Positions 9,767-19,336 of a stretch of DNA of 64,000 nucleotides are shown here, in pieces (the first letter of the stretch is position 1; every line of letters begins with the position of its first letter). A model generated the notes under the pieces. That model ran no database searches, had not been told where the DNA came from, and worked only from the letters and a program-made list of their open reading frames with translations. The translations under genes were made by a program, and so were the position numbers. The stretch is from Rickettsiales bacterium (lineage in GTDB: Bacteria; Pseudomonadota; Alphaproteobacteria; Rickettsiales; JAIXRX01), in assembly GCA_965247145.1 (NCBI GenBank), contig CBDFGH010000010.1, forward strand, positions 38,231-102,230, read 5' to 3'.

Positions 9767-10933
9767 ATGGCTTTTTTGTTCGACACGGAAACGCGTCCCT
9801 TCTCCTATCGTGCCATGATTTTCTGGCTGGCGCTGATCGTGGTGCTGGTATGGTTTCTGATGTCGGTCAGCAGTGTGCTTCTGCCTTTCCTGCTTGGGCT
9901 GCTCATCGCCTTCCTGGCAGACGGATTGTGCGATAAAATGGAGCGCCACATGCCGCGCGCGGTGGCGGCGGGCATCGTGGTCGTCGGTGTGCTGGCGGCC
10001 TTTGTGGGGATTCTCATCGCCGTGCTGCCGCTGCTGGCCGACCAGCTGGGTCAGTTGTTGCAGGCCCTGCCGCACATGGTGGTGCTGGGCAAGGCCTGGG
10101 TGCTTAACTGGGTGAGCCATCTGCCCATTCCCCGCAACGCGGTGCCGATGGAGGAGGTGAAGGCTCAACTGGGCGAGGCTTCCAGTGAACTGGCGGGTAC
10201 CGCCAAATCCGTGGTCGGCACCGTATTGCGCTCCGGCGGCGCGCTGCTCAATACCATCACGCTGCTGCTTATTACACCTGTGGTGGCTTTTTACTGCTTG
10301 CGCGACTGGGACAAGATGATCGCCACGGTGGACAGCGTATTGCCACGCCAGCACGCCCCCACCATCCGCCTGCAGGCGCAGGAAATCGACCGTACGCTGG
10401 CGGGCTTTTTGCGCGGCCAGTTGAATGTCTGCCTGATTATGGGCATTCTCTATGCCATCGGACTGACGATTTGCGGCCTCAATTTCGGTTTGGTGATCGG
10501 TTTGTTTTCCGGGGCGCTGTTGATTGTGCCTTATGCGGGTGCCGCGATGTCGACCATCATCGGCGTGGGCATCGCCATCGCGCAGTTCGACGATACGGCG
10601 CATATCCTGGCGGTGGCGGCGGTATTTCTGATCGGGCAGGGGCTGGAAAGCAACGTGCTCACCCCCAAGCTGGTGGGCGACAAGGTAAACCTGCATCCGG
10701 TCTGGCTGATCTTCGGCATGCTGGCCGGGGGCGCCTTGATGGGTTTTGTCGGCGTGCTGGTCGCCGTGCCGCTCACGGCGGTGCTGGGCGTGCTCGTGCG
10801 TTTCGCCATCGGGCGGTATATGAGCAGCCCCTTCTACGATCCCGCCATGGCGGACCGCGTGCCGCTGGTGATGGATGGGGATACGGTGGTTTCGACCGCA
10901 ACGACGACCATCATCCCCGCCGAAAGTTACTAA
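9767..10933 (+). CDS. perM: AI-2E family transporter (PerM/YhhT-like permease)
   Basis: Polytopic membrane protein with family-like segments (...LPFLLGLLIAFL..., ...LESNVLTPKLVGDKVNLHPVWLIF...). ATG at 9767 preferred. Confidence 0.8.
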   Translation: MAFLFDTETRPFSYRAMIFWLALIVVLVWFLMSVSSVLLPFLLGLLIAFLADGLCDKMERHMPRAVAAGIVVVGVLAAFVGILIAVLPLLADQLGQLLQALPHMVVLGKAWVLNWVSHLPIPRNAVPMEEVKAQLGEASSELAGTAKSVVGTVLRSGGALLNTITLLLITPVVAFYCLRDWDKMIATVDSVLPRQHAPTIRLQAQEIDRTLAGFLRGQLNVCLIMGILYAIGLTICGLNFGLVIGLFSGALLIVPYAGAAMSTIIGVGIAIAQFDDTAHILAVAAVFLIGQGLESNVLTPKLVGDKVNLHPVWLIFGMLAGGALMGFVGVLVAVPLTAVLGVLVRFAIGRYMSSPFYDPAMADRVPLVMDGDTVVSTATTTIIPAESY

Positions 10934-10938
10934 TCCCC

Positions 10939-11613
10939 ATGCGGCAGCTCACGCTCGATGTGGGGGTGCGGGGCTCCTATGCACCGGAAGATCTGACGGT
11001 GAGTGCCGCCAATGCAGCATTGATTGCCGAACTGGAAGCCGAGCCTTCCACCGCGATCCCTGGGTTGCTGCTGACCGGCCCGCCGAAAAGCGGCAAAACG
11101 CATCTGGCCCGATTATGGGCGGTGCGCCACCGCGCTTTGTGGCTTTCTCCCGAATCGCTCGGCACCCAACCGGCGGATATGCTGCTGCAGGGCCGGACTT
11201 CGGTGGTGCTGGACGGCTTGGAACAGGTGCGCGACTGGCCCGCCCTGGCGCAGGCGATGAACCAACTGAAAGCGCAAAGCGGCTTCTGGCTGATGACCGT
11301 CTCCGGTCCGGTCGATGCTCGGCTGGTGCCGCTGCCGGACGCGCGCTCGCGCCTGCAGGCGTTACAGGTGCGGCCCATCCCCAAGCCGGACGATGACCTG
11401 TTGGAAGCCTTGTTGCGTAAACGGTTCAGCGATTGGCAGTGGCAGGCCGAGGAAGGCGTGATCCATTACATGATGCCCCGTTTGCCGCGCGATTACACCG
11501 GGCTGGATGCGACATTGGAACGCCTGCGCTGGCACATGGCCCACGATCCGGGCCGCCTCACCGTGCACCGGCTGAGACAATGGATGGAACCGCATGCGGA
11601 AGTCCCTGTTTAG
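10939..11613 (+). CDS. hdaA: DnaA regulatory inactivator (HdaA-type AAA+ protein)
   Basis: 224 aa with P-loop LLLTGPPKSGKTHL, then ...DLLEALLRKRFSDWQ...VIHYMMPRLPRDY... typical of Hda. ATG at 10939. Confidence 0.65.
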   Translation: MRQLTLDVGVRGSYAPEDLTVSAANAALIAELEAEPSTAIPGLLLTGPPKSGKTHLARLWAVRHRALWLSPESLGTQPADMLLQGRTSVVLDGLEQVRDWPALAQAMNQLKAQSGFWLMTVSGPVDARLVPLPDARSRLQALQVRPIPKPDDDLLEALLRKRFSDWQWQAEEGVIHYMMPRLPRDYTGLDATLERLRWHMAHDPGRLTVHRLRQWMEPHAEVPV

Positions 11614-11746
11614 AATAATTGTAACGATTTACTAGGGATTTAGTTCCAAACAGACTGGCATGGAACGGGATAAATACTTGATAAAAACTTTATGAATGCT
11701 ATCTGGATTAAACATTTTTTAGCTTTCAACGCAGTACCCTGAAGTC

Positions 11747-12301
11747 ATGGCCATTCAAACCATTGCATCCAACACACGGCTTCTTTCCAACCGATTGGCA
11801 AACATCGATGTTTTGATTGCCGATTCGGATATGCCGATCGCCAACCTCGTTCGGGACGTGCTGAAAAGCGTGGGTTTCAGCCAGGTGCGCATCGTCAAAG
11901 ACGGGCGCGAAGCATTGGATCTTCTGGTCAGCCAGCCGATCGATCTGCTGATTACCGATTGGCGCATGGAACATATGGACGGCGTTTCGCTGATGCGTTT
12001 CCTGCGCAGCGATCCGAGCTCCCCCAACCGTTTTCTGCCGATCATTATGCTGACCGGGCGCGCCGAACGGCGGGATGTGGAAGAAGCGCGCGATGCGGGC
12101 GTCACCGAATATGTGGTGAAACCCTTCACGGCCAAGGCCTTGTTCGAGCGCATCGTGCAAGTGATCGAGAATCCGCGCAGCTTTATCCTCGCCAAAGCCT
12201 ACCAGGGGCCGGACCGCCGCCGCCGCGCGGTCGAGTCCAGCGATCAGGAACGCCGCAAGACAAAACCCAAACCCAAGCCCACCCCCACCCCCCGTAGCTA
12301 A
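11747..12301 (+). CDS. Single-domain CheY-like response regulator with an Arg-rich C-terminal extension
   Basis: Receiver motifs: acidic pocket (IADSD), phospho-acceptor LLITDWRM, MLTG and VVKPF. The extension reads PRSFILAKAYQGPDRRRRAVESSDQERRKTKPKPKPTPTPRS. Confidence 0.85.
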   Translation: MAIQTIASNTRLLSNRLANIDVLIADSDMPIANLVRDVLKSVGFSQVRIVKDGREALDLLVSQPIDLLITDWRMEHMDGVSLMRFLRSDPSSPNRFLPIIMLTGRAERRDVEEARDAGVTEYVVKPFTAKALFERIVQVIENPRSFILAKAYQGPDRRRRAVESSDQERRKTKPKPKPTPTPRS

Positions 12302-12342
12302 GCTCAAAATCCCCTTCCCGCGACCCCAGTGAGGAACCGCGC

Positions 12343-12858
12343 ATGCTTTCCCCGACCCCATCGACGCCACCGGCTTCTCCAGAAGAACCGATTATCTTCC
12401 AGCCGGATTTCCGGCTGCGCGAAAAAATCGGTCGCGATGTAACCATCACCGATCTGCTCAAGCCCGAAATGCTCAATCAAGCGCAGGCGGTCATCCAGCA
12501 ATCGCGGCAGGATTTCATCGCCTGGATCAAGGAAGACGTGCTGTTCATGCAGGAATTACTGGAGCAGTTGCAAGAGACGACCTGGGACGCGAAACTGCTC
12601 GATCAATTCATGCGGCTGGTGCTGCAGGTGAAGGCCCGCGCCGGCACTTTCGGCTATCCGCTGGCTTCTGAAATCGCCCGCCGTCTGTACGTTTTCTGTG
12701 AGGAAGGCTACCGCGCCAAAGCCGACCACATGCTGGTGGTGCGTAAACACACCGAAGGCCTGCGCGTGGTCATTCATAACAATATTGAAGGCGACGGGGG
12801 GCAGGTCGGCCGCGAATTGCTCGCCACCTTAAGCAAACTGGCCGAAAAACTGAAATAA
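12343..12858 (+). CDS. Hypothetical helical protein, possibly a degenerate HPt-like domain
   Basis: 171 aa, 41 nt downstream of the regulator. The segment VLQVKARAGTFGYPLASEIARRLYVFCE resembles the HPt helix (HxLKGxaxxlG...la..lE) with Gln in place of the His. This is a by-eye comparison only. Confidence 0.4.
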   Translation: MLSPTPSTPPASPEEPIIFQPDFRLREKIGRDVTITDLLKPEMLNQAQAVIQQSRQDFIAWIKEDVLFMQELLEQLQETTWDAKLLDQFMRLVLQVKARAGTFGYPLASEIARRLYVFCEEGYRAKADHMLVVRKHTEGLRVVIHNNIEGDGGQVGRELLATLSKLAEKLK

Positions 12859-12874
12859 GCGATCAAGCCGCGTG

Positions 12875-13417
12875 TTATCCCTGCATCCAGCCTTCGCGGC
12901 TGCGGCGTAAAGCGGCAAGCAAGATAGGCCGAGAACCCAGTTCGGCCCATGTCTGGCGCTCGGGCAGATGAAACACACACAAACCCGCCGGTGCGAAACC
13001 TTGGGCCAACTGGCGGCCCAGCCAAGGCTGCCGTTCCATTTCCGCATCCGAGAGCAGAGCCAGGGCCAGCTGGTGAACACCGGGATTGTGCGCCAGCAGC
13101 AATAGACTGCGCACATTCGCATCCACACGCTGAATGCGTTCCGACATCAGATCCGGCATTCCCATATACAATCCGGATTCAACCGCGATCTGGGCGAAAC
13201 CGCGGCGTTCTCCCATGCATTGCAGGGTTTCCTGGGTTCGGCGTGCATCCGAACACAAAGCCATTTCCGGCCAGGCGAGGTCTGGTGGCCAGTCCTCGCC
13301 CACGCGGCGTGCCTCGGCCATTCCTTCGGCGCTCAAGGCGCGGGCATGGTCGCTCTCCTCGCCCATGCTGGCGGTGGCATGGCGCATGAGAATGAGTGTA
13401 CGAAATGAATGCGACAT
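12875..13417 (-). CDS. sixA: Histidine phosphatase superfamily protein (SixA-like phosphohistidine phosphatase)
   Basis: LILMRHA (RHG-type motif) near the N-terminus and LLLAHNPG later. The size (~180 aa) fits SixA. Confidence 0.7.
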   Translation of the reverse strand: MSHSFRTLILMRHATASMGEESDHARALSAEGMAEARRVGEDWPPDLAWPEMALCSDARRTQETLQCMGERRGFAQIAVESGLYMGMPDLMSERIQRVDANVRSLLLLAHNPGVHQLALALLSDAEMERQPWLGRQLAQGFAPAGLCVFHLPERQTWAELGSRPILLAALRRSREGWMQG

Positions 13418-13515
13418 GGATTAACCCGTTCTTAGTGCCCTTGTGCTACACAGAGCGGAGCCGCTTGCCAAGCATTGTACGATCCGCACGTCTTTTCACT
13501 TCTTTTTTATCCCGC

Positions 13516-15744
13516 ATGCCGATGTCCCCCCCGCTTCCTACCGCCGCACCGCATTTCGATCTTGAAGCCGCGAAACGCTATGTACCGCGCCCGGAAGCAC
13601 GTTTCATCAATCGTGAAATGTCGTGGCTGGCTTTCAATACGCGGGTGATGGAAGAGGCGCGCAATCCCTCCAATCCCTTACTCGAACGCGTGCGCTTTCT
13701 GTCGATCTCGGCGGCCAATCTCGACGAATTCGCCATGGTGCGCATCGCAGGCCTGAAAGATCAGTTGCGCCACGGCGTGACGAAACTCAGCGATGACGGC
13801 CTGAGCGCCGCCGAGCAGCTCGAACAGATCCTGCGCGAAACCACCACCCTGGCGCAAAACCAGCAGGCCAGCTGGGTAGGACTGCGGCGAGAGCTGGCCG
13901 AACAGGGCATGCGCGTGCTCGACGCCGCCGATCTGAATAAAGCGGATATCGTCTGGCTGCGCGCCTATTTCATGGATCATATCTTCCCCGTCCTCACCCC
14001 CATCGCCATCGACCCGGCGCATCCCTTTCCTTTCCTGCCCAATCTCAACATCGCGCTGTTGTTCCGCCTGGGCCACGGCCCGCAGAAAAAGCGCGAGCAG
14101 GTCGCCATCGTGCCGCTGCCGCCGAAGCTCGACCGCTTCATTCCGCTGCCGGCGGAAGCCGGCAATCAGCGTTTCCTGAAACTGGAAGACGCCATCGTGC
14201 TGTGTCTGGACGCGTTTTTCCCGGGCTATGCGACGCTCGACGTCACCGCCATCCGCATCGTACGCGACAGCGATCTGGAGATCGACGACGAGGCGGAAGA
14301 CCTCATGCGCTCCTTCGAGCGCGCCGTGCTGCTGCGCAGGCGCGGGCGCGTCATCCGCGTCAAAACCATGTCCTACATCTCCAGCTTCCTGTTGCAATTC
14401 GTGCTGGAACATCTGCAGGTGGGGCTGGAGGAAGTGGAACTGGTCGAGGGCATGGTGGGGCTGTCGAACCTGATGGAGCTGGTCAATGTCGGGCCGGACA
14501 GTTTGAAATTCCCGAGCTTCAATGTGCGCTTCCCCGAGCGCATTCAGGATTTCGGCGGGGATTGCTTCCAGGCCATCGCGGCCAAAGACATCGTGGTCCA
14601 TCACCCCTTCGAAAGCTTCGACGTGGTGGTGCAGTTCCTGCGCCAGGCAGCCGCCGACCCCGATGTGGTTTCGATCAAACAGACATTGTACCGCACCAGC
14701 GACGATTCCCCCATCGTCAAAGCCCTGATCGAAGCGGCCGAGCGCGGCAAATCCGTCACCGCGCTGGTCGAGCTCAAAGCGCGCTTCGACGAGGAAGCCA
14801 ACATCCGCTGGGCCCGCGATCTGGAGCGGGCGGGGGCGCAGGTGGTCTATGGCTTCGTGAAGTTGAAAACGCATTCCAAGGTCTCCCTCGTCGTGCGCCG
14901 CACGGAGGGAAAGCTGAAATCCTACGTGCATTTGGGCACCGGGAACTATCACCCGAAAACCGCGCGCAGCTACACCGACCTGTCTTTTTTCACCACCGAC
15001 CCGGCCATCTGCCGCGACGTGGCGTTGTTTTTCAACCATGTGACGGGCTACGCGCCGCCGCAGGGCTTGCAGAAATTGATTCTCGCGCCGAACGATCTGC
15101 GCCCGAAAGTCTCCGAACTCATCCGCCAGGAGATCGCGTTTGCTAAAGAGGGCAAGCCCGCGGGCATCTGGGCGAAGATGAACGCGCTGGTCGATCCGCA
15201 GATCGTCGATCTGCTCTATGAGGCCAGCCAGGCGGGGGTGGAAGTGCGGCTGCTGGTGCGCGGCATGTGCATCCTGCGCCCGGGCGTGCCGGGATTGTCC
15301 GAACGGATTCAGGTGAAAAGCGTCATCGGGCGGTTTCTGGAGCATTCGCGCATCTTCGCTTTCGGCAACGGGTTGCCCATGCCCAGCCGCCAAGCGCGCC
15401 TTTATATCGGCTCGGCTGACTGGATGGTGCGCAATTTCGACTGGCGGGTGGAAACCATGGTGCCGATCGAAAACCCCACCGTGCATGCCCAGATCCTCGA
15501 CCAGATCATGGGTGCCTATCTGCGCGACAATCTGCAAAGCTGGATGCTGGGGCCGGACGGCAAGTACACCCGTCTGCAACCCACCGAAAGCACCCCCGGC
15601 TTTCGCGCGCACGATTACTTTATCGCCAATCCGAGTTTGTCGGGGCGTGGGCGGGCGCTGAAAAAGATCGAGGAAGCGGCGGAACAGGACGATTCCCTCA
15701 AACGCATGGCCCTCCCGAAACCGAAAGCTGCGAAAAAGAAATGA
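13516..15744 (+). CDS. ppk1: Polyphosphate kinase 1
   Basis: RFINREMSWLAFNTRVMEEA..., the autophosphorylation-region motif KTHSK, and both PLD-like halves. ATG at 13516 chosen. Confidence 0.95.
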   Translation: MPMSPPLPTAAPHFDLEAAKRYVPRPEARFINREMSWLAFNTRVMEEARNPSNPLLERVRFLSISAANLDEFAMVRIAGLKDQLRHGVTKLSDDGLSAAEQLEQILRETTTLAQNQQASWVGLRRELAEQGMRVLDAADLNKADIVWLRAYFMDHIFPVLTPIAIDPAHPFPFLPNLNIALLFRLGHGPQKKREQVAIVPLPPKLDRFIPLPAEAGNQRFLKLEDAIVLCLDAFFPGYATLDVTAIRIVRDSDLEIDDEAEDLMRSFERAVLLRRRGRVIRVKTMSYISSFLLQFVLEHLQVGLEEVELVEGMVGLSNLMELVNVGPDSLKFPSFNVRFPERIQDFGGDCFQAIAAKDIVVHHPFESFDVVVQFLRQAAADPDVVSIKQTLYRTSDDSPIVKALIEAAERGKSVTALVELKARFDEEANIRWARDLERAGAQVVYGFVKLKTHSKVSLVVRRTEGKLKSYVHLGTGNYHPKTARSYTDLSFFTTDPAICRDVALFFNHVTGYAPPQGLQKLILAPNDLRPKVSELIRQEIAFAKEGKPAGIWAKMNALVDPQIVDLLYEASQAGVEVRLLVRGMCILRPGVPGLSERIQVKSVIGRFLEHSRIFAFGNGLPMPSRQARLYIGSADWMVRNFDWRVETMVPIENPTVHAQILDQIMGAYLRDNLQSWMLGPDGKYTRLQPTESTPGFRAHDYFIANPSLSGRGRALKKIEEAAEQDDSLKRMALPKPKAAKKK

Positions 15745-15780
15745 TATCCAATTTAGCCTATGTCATCCGCCGGCCGATGA

Positions 15781-15890
15781 CTCCCTCCCCCGCTCGCGGG
15801 GGCAGGGTGGGGTGGGGGTTCTCTCCCCTCATTCGACAGCATGCGCGGAAAGAACCCCCCTCCTGCTCCCCCCGCGAGCGGGGGGAGGGT
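15781..15890. repeat. Nested-palindrome intergenic repeat, copy 1 (subtype A)
   Basis: ccctcccccgctcgcgggggcagggtggggtgggggttct ... agaacccccctcctgctccccccgcgagcggggggaggg. The ~40-nt arms are reverse complements, and each arm holds its own CCCCC-N6-GGGGG hairpin. It fills the ppk-ppx spacer. Confidence 0.8.
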
Positions 15891-15898
15891 TCATCCTT

Positions 15899-17386
15899 AT
15901 GACCCGCCTCTCCCCCACCCTGCCTTTCGGCGAATTTCAGCATGACGGCAAGGTCGGCGTCATCGACATCGGCTCGAACTCCATCCGGCTGGTGGTCTAT
16001 GACGGCGTGAAGCGCGTGCCGGTGCCGATGTTCAACGAGAAGATGATGTGCGGCCTGGGGCGGGGTTTGGGCGAAACCGGGCGGCTCAACCCCGAAGGCG
16101 TGGTGCTCGCGCATCAATGCCTCGCCCGCCTGCTCACCATGGTGAAGCTGCTCGGCGTGGCCGAATTGCAGGTGCTTGCCACCGCCGCGATCCGCGATGC
16201 GGAGGACGGAGAAGAGTTTGTCGAAACCGTCCAGGCGCGCCACCATTTGCGCATCCGCGTCATCTCCGGCACCACCGAGGCGCGGCTGGCGGGTTATGGC
16301 GTGCTGGCGAATATCCACGCGCCCGTGGGCATCGTGGGCGATCTCGGCGGCGGCAGCATGGAGGTGGTCTCGGTAGAAAGCGGCGCCTTGGGCGAACAGG
16401 CCACCTTGCCCATCGGCCCGCTGCGCATGCTCGATATCGAAGACGCCACGCCCGAGCGCATCCGCGCCACCATCCGCGACGCCATGCTCGGCGTCCAATG
16501 GCTGGGGCAGGGCAAGGGACAGGCTTTCTACGCGGTGGGCGGCTCCTTCCGCGCCATCGCCAAACTGCAGATGGACCGCCAGAATTACCCGCTGCACATC
16601 CTGCACCAATATCGTGCCCCGGCGGAGATCGTACGCGAAACCTGCCATTTCGTGCAATCCCTCAGCGTGGAGCAACTCAAGCAGCTCGACGTGCCCGGCA
16701 AGCGTGCCGCTGCCCTCGGCCCCGCCGCCATGGCGCTGGAAGAAGTGCTCGCCGCCACCGGCGTTTCTGAAGTGGTCTTCTGCGCCAGCGGCATCCGCGA
16801 AGGTTATCTCTACGAACAGCTCTCGCCCTTCCTGCGCACCGAAGACCCTCTGATCGCCAGCGCGACCGACCTCAGCCGCCATGAAGGCCTGCGCGTGGCC
16901 TATGCGCGCGAGCTCTTCGCCTGGATGAAACCCGTCTTCGAAGACGAAACCTCCGCCGAATCGCGCCTGCGGTTGGCTTTGTGCATCCTCAGCGAAATCG
17001 CCTGGCACATCCATCCAGAATATCGCGGGGCCTATGCCTTCCAGCGCATTCTGCATTCGGCCCTGGTCGGGCTGGATCACGCCGAACGGGTGGCCCTCGC
17101 CGTGGCGCTGCATCACCGTTACAAATACAAGGAACCCGTGACTTCCGACCTATTGGAACTGCTCACCCCCCGCCAGCGCGCCTGGGGCCCGGCGGTTGGC
17201 GTCGCCGCCCACCTCGCCTTCCAACTCTCCGGCGGCATGCCCGGCAATCTGCCGCTCTCGCGCTTAAGCTTGAGCAAAAAGGAAGTCGAATTGGAACTCG
17301 ACGAAACACTGAAAGACGCGCTGGATGACGGCATTCACAAGCGTTTGAAAGCGCTGGGCGTGCGTTTGGGGGAATGGGAAAGCTAA
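15899..17386 (+). CDS. ppx: Exopolyphosphatase (Ppx/GppA family)
   Basis: VGVIDIGSNSIRLVVYD... and DLGGGSME motifs. ATG at 15899; the upstream part of the track ORF translates the repeat. Confidence 0.9.
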   Translation: MTRLSPTLPFGEFQHDGKVGVIDIGSNSIRLVVYDGVKRVPVPMFNEKMMCGLGRGLGETGRLNPEGVVLAHQCLARLLTMVKLLGVAELQVLATAAIRDAEDGEEFVETVQARHHLRIRVISGTTEARLAGYGVLANIHAPVGIVGDLGGGSMEVVSVESGALGEQATLPIGPLRMLDIEDATPERIRATIRDAMLGVQWLGQGKGQAFYAVGGSFRAIAKLQMDRQNYPLHILHQYRAPAEIVRETCHFVQSLSVEQLKQLDVPGKRAAALGPAAMALEEVLAATGVSEVVFCASGIREGYLYEQLSPFLRTEDPLIASATDLSRHEGLRVAYARELFAWMKPVFEDETSAESRLRLALCILSEIAWHIHPEYRGAYAFQRILHSALVGLDHAERVALAVALHHRYKYKEPVTSDLLELLTPRQRAWGPAVGVAAHLAFQLSGGMPGNLPLSRLSLSKKEVELELDETLKDALDDGIHKRLKALGVRLGEWES

Positions 17387-18089
17387 AAACGCTGCGCCCA
17401 GGGCGTCGATGCTTCGGCGCTTGCTTCCAAGGCCGTGGTGAATTTTCCCATCACCGAGCGTTGCGTGATCCGCACGGGATTTCCTTGACGGATGGAATCG
17501 ACGAAACGCAGCACAGGCTCGGGATCTATCTTGTGCGGGGTATTATAATTAGCAGGCAAGGCGGGTTTATGTGCGATGATTTCGCGTATGGGTACGAGGT
17601 CTTGCCCTGAGTTCAATCGCTCCCAGTAATCCTCTAAGGGTTCGTGCAGCCCAACGAGATGGCGGCGTAGATCGACTTTTTCTGGCTCTGCGATGGGATG
17701 CGCGCCGCCTTGAAATGCAGGCTGGGTACCGTAAAGCTGCGGCTGATCGGTATTGCGTAACACGCGATCCGTAAGGAAAGCATAGAAACCGGGCGTCGCT
17801 GTATCCTTCATTGTGTCTAGCAAGCGGCTTGCCTTTGCACTGCGGCGCTATGCGCCGATGCGGGGAGCAATCCATTCGCATCTCCATGCTGGGCCATCAG
17901 GAAAGCCGCCGTTTCCGCTTCCAATCCATATTGGTTTTGTCCCGGCCAGCTATAAAGGCGGACGAACTCCGCTACCATCTTTAGATTGTCATTGCACAAT
18001 GCAACCCATTGCGCTTTCGCCTCCGCTGTGTTGCCACTGGCGCGTAATGCTTCAAGTGCCACCGTTTCCCGGTTTTGCAGTTGCCGCAA
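17383..18089 (-). pseudogene. Uncharacterised protein apparently split by a frameshift into two ORFs (17817-18089 and 17383-17823)
   Basis: The two short ORFs overlap by 7 nt in different frames. The upstream half carries ...SWPGQNQYGLEAETAAFLMAQHGD. The downstream half carries ...YAFLTDRVLRNTDQPQLYGTQ...VDLRRHLVGL.PLEDY. I recall these motifs occurring together in single uncharacterised proteins. Restoring one nt in the AAA run near 17830 joins the frames. Confidence 0.45.
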
Positions 18090-18176
18090 TTGTGCGATGC
18101 GTTCCGGCGGCGCGATGGGAAATGAAAAAATCTGACATAGCCTAAGCTTAGCCGAAGATCATGACGTTTCGATAAC

Positions 18177-18503
18177 TCAGCGCCCCATCGCGCAGAGCGC
18201 GTCCACCAGCACCAGCTGCAGGTGGCTGTGGTTGAGTTTGGCCTGCAGGTTGGGGTAGGGGGTCAGGGCTTGTTTGCAGGTTTGCACCAAAGCGTTCTGG
18301 GCGCGGTTGATGCCGCTCAGCATGGTCAGCATGTCGGCGTTGTCACCTGCGGCCTGACGCCGGGCGCTTTCATATTCTTCCATAGCCTGCTGCACTTTCG
18401 GCGTGCTCAATAGCAGGCGCAGATGCACCTGATAAAAGGCGTGCTGCGCCAAAAGTGCTTCCACCTGGGGATTGAGTGAAAAACGGAGATTGGGTTGGGC
18501 CAT
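18177..18503 (-). CDS. Hypothetical helical protein (108 aa)
   Basis: ATG-initiated ORF below an AT-rich promoter-like spacer (18504-18626). Same strand as the split gene downstream. No recognisable family. Confidence 0.5.
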   Translation of the reverse strand: MAQPNLRFSLNPQVEALLAQHAFYQVHLRLLLSTPKVQQAMEEYESARRQAAGDNADMLTMLSGINRAQNALVQTCKQALTPYPNLQAKLNHSHLQLVLVDALCAMGR

Positions 18504-18626
18504 GAAGAAATCATACCACGCTGCGATGGAACAAAGCCACTGAATGACTTTAAGGCAGATACAGCTTAAATACTTTCAAGCCACAGGCAAGCGTATGATT
18601 AAAAAAGAAATCAATCAATAGTGATT

Positions 18627-19244
18627 CTAAAAATGCACGGGCAGTGACACAGCCGCGGCCAAGCGCTGCAAATAATCGGCGCGGGTGACCTCCTGCACGC
18701 CGAATTGCAGCAGATGCGGATTGACGAATTGCGTGTCCAGTAGCACGAAACCCTGCATTACCAAATGTCGCGCCAAACCGACCAGCGCCGCTTTGCTGGC
18801 GCCGGGAGCAAGGCTTACCATGCTCTCGCCGAAAAAGGCTCCGCCCAGGGCCACGCCGTACAGCCCGCCCAGCCACTGCCCGTCCCGCCAGCTTTCCACC
18901 GAATGGGCGAAGCCCTGGGCATGCAGCTCCAGCAGCAGCGCGATAAGCCGTTCGCTGATCCAGGTCCCGCTTTCCTGCGTGCGCGCCATATCCGCACAGG
19001 CACGCAGGGTTTTCTCGAAAGCGGTATTACGGCGGATTTCAAAGTTTGCCTGGCGCAGATCACGTTGCAGGCGGCGCGGCACATGGAACGGATCGAGTGG
19101 CAGGATGGCGCGCGGGTCCGGGCCATACCAGCGCAGACGATCGCTGTGGCGGGAAGGCGCCATGGGAAATGCGCCAGAGGCATAAGCCGCCAGCAGATGT
19201 TCCGGGCTGAGTTGGTCGGCGTCGGACGCGTCGAATGCATGCAT
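18627..19244 (-). CDS. aat: Leucyl/phenylalanyl-tRNA--protein transferase
   Basis: LLAAYASGAFPM...WYGPDPRAILPLD.FHVPRRL...GESMVS... are typical Aat motifs. Confidence 0.9.
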   Translation of the reverse strand: MHAFDASDADQLSPEHLLAAYASGAFPMAPSRHSDRLRWYGPDPRAILPLDPFHVPRRLQRDLRQANFEIRRNTAFEKTLRACADMARTQESGTWISERLIALLLELHAQGFAHSVESWRDGQWLGGLYGVALGGAFFGESMVSLAPGASKAALVGLARHLVMQGFVLLDTQFVNPHLLQFGVQEVTRADYLQRLAAAVSLPVHF

Positions 19245-19336
19245 GATCGGATTATATCATCCCGCTCTTCTGCGGCAATATGTCATCAAACCGTCATGCA
19301 ACCCTGCTACACACCCCGCCCAATCAGGAGCCAGAC

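Noticed and set aside
11656-11675. A sigma-54-like TGGCA motif (ctggcatggaacggg) upstream of the CheY-like regulator gene.
   Set aside because: The -12 TTGC element is missing at the required spacing.
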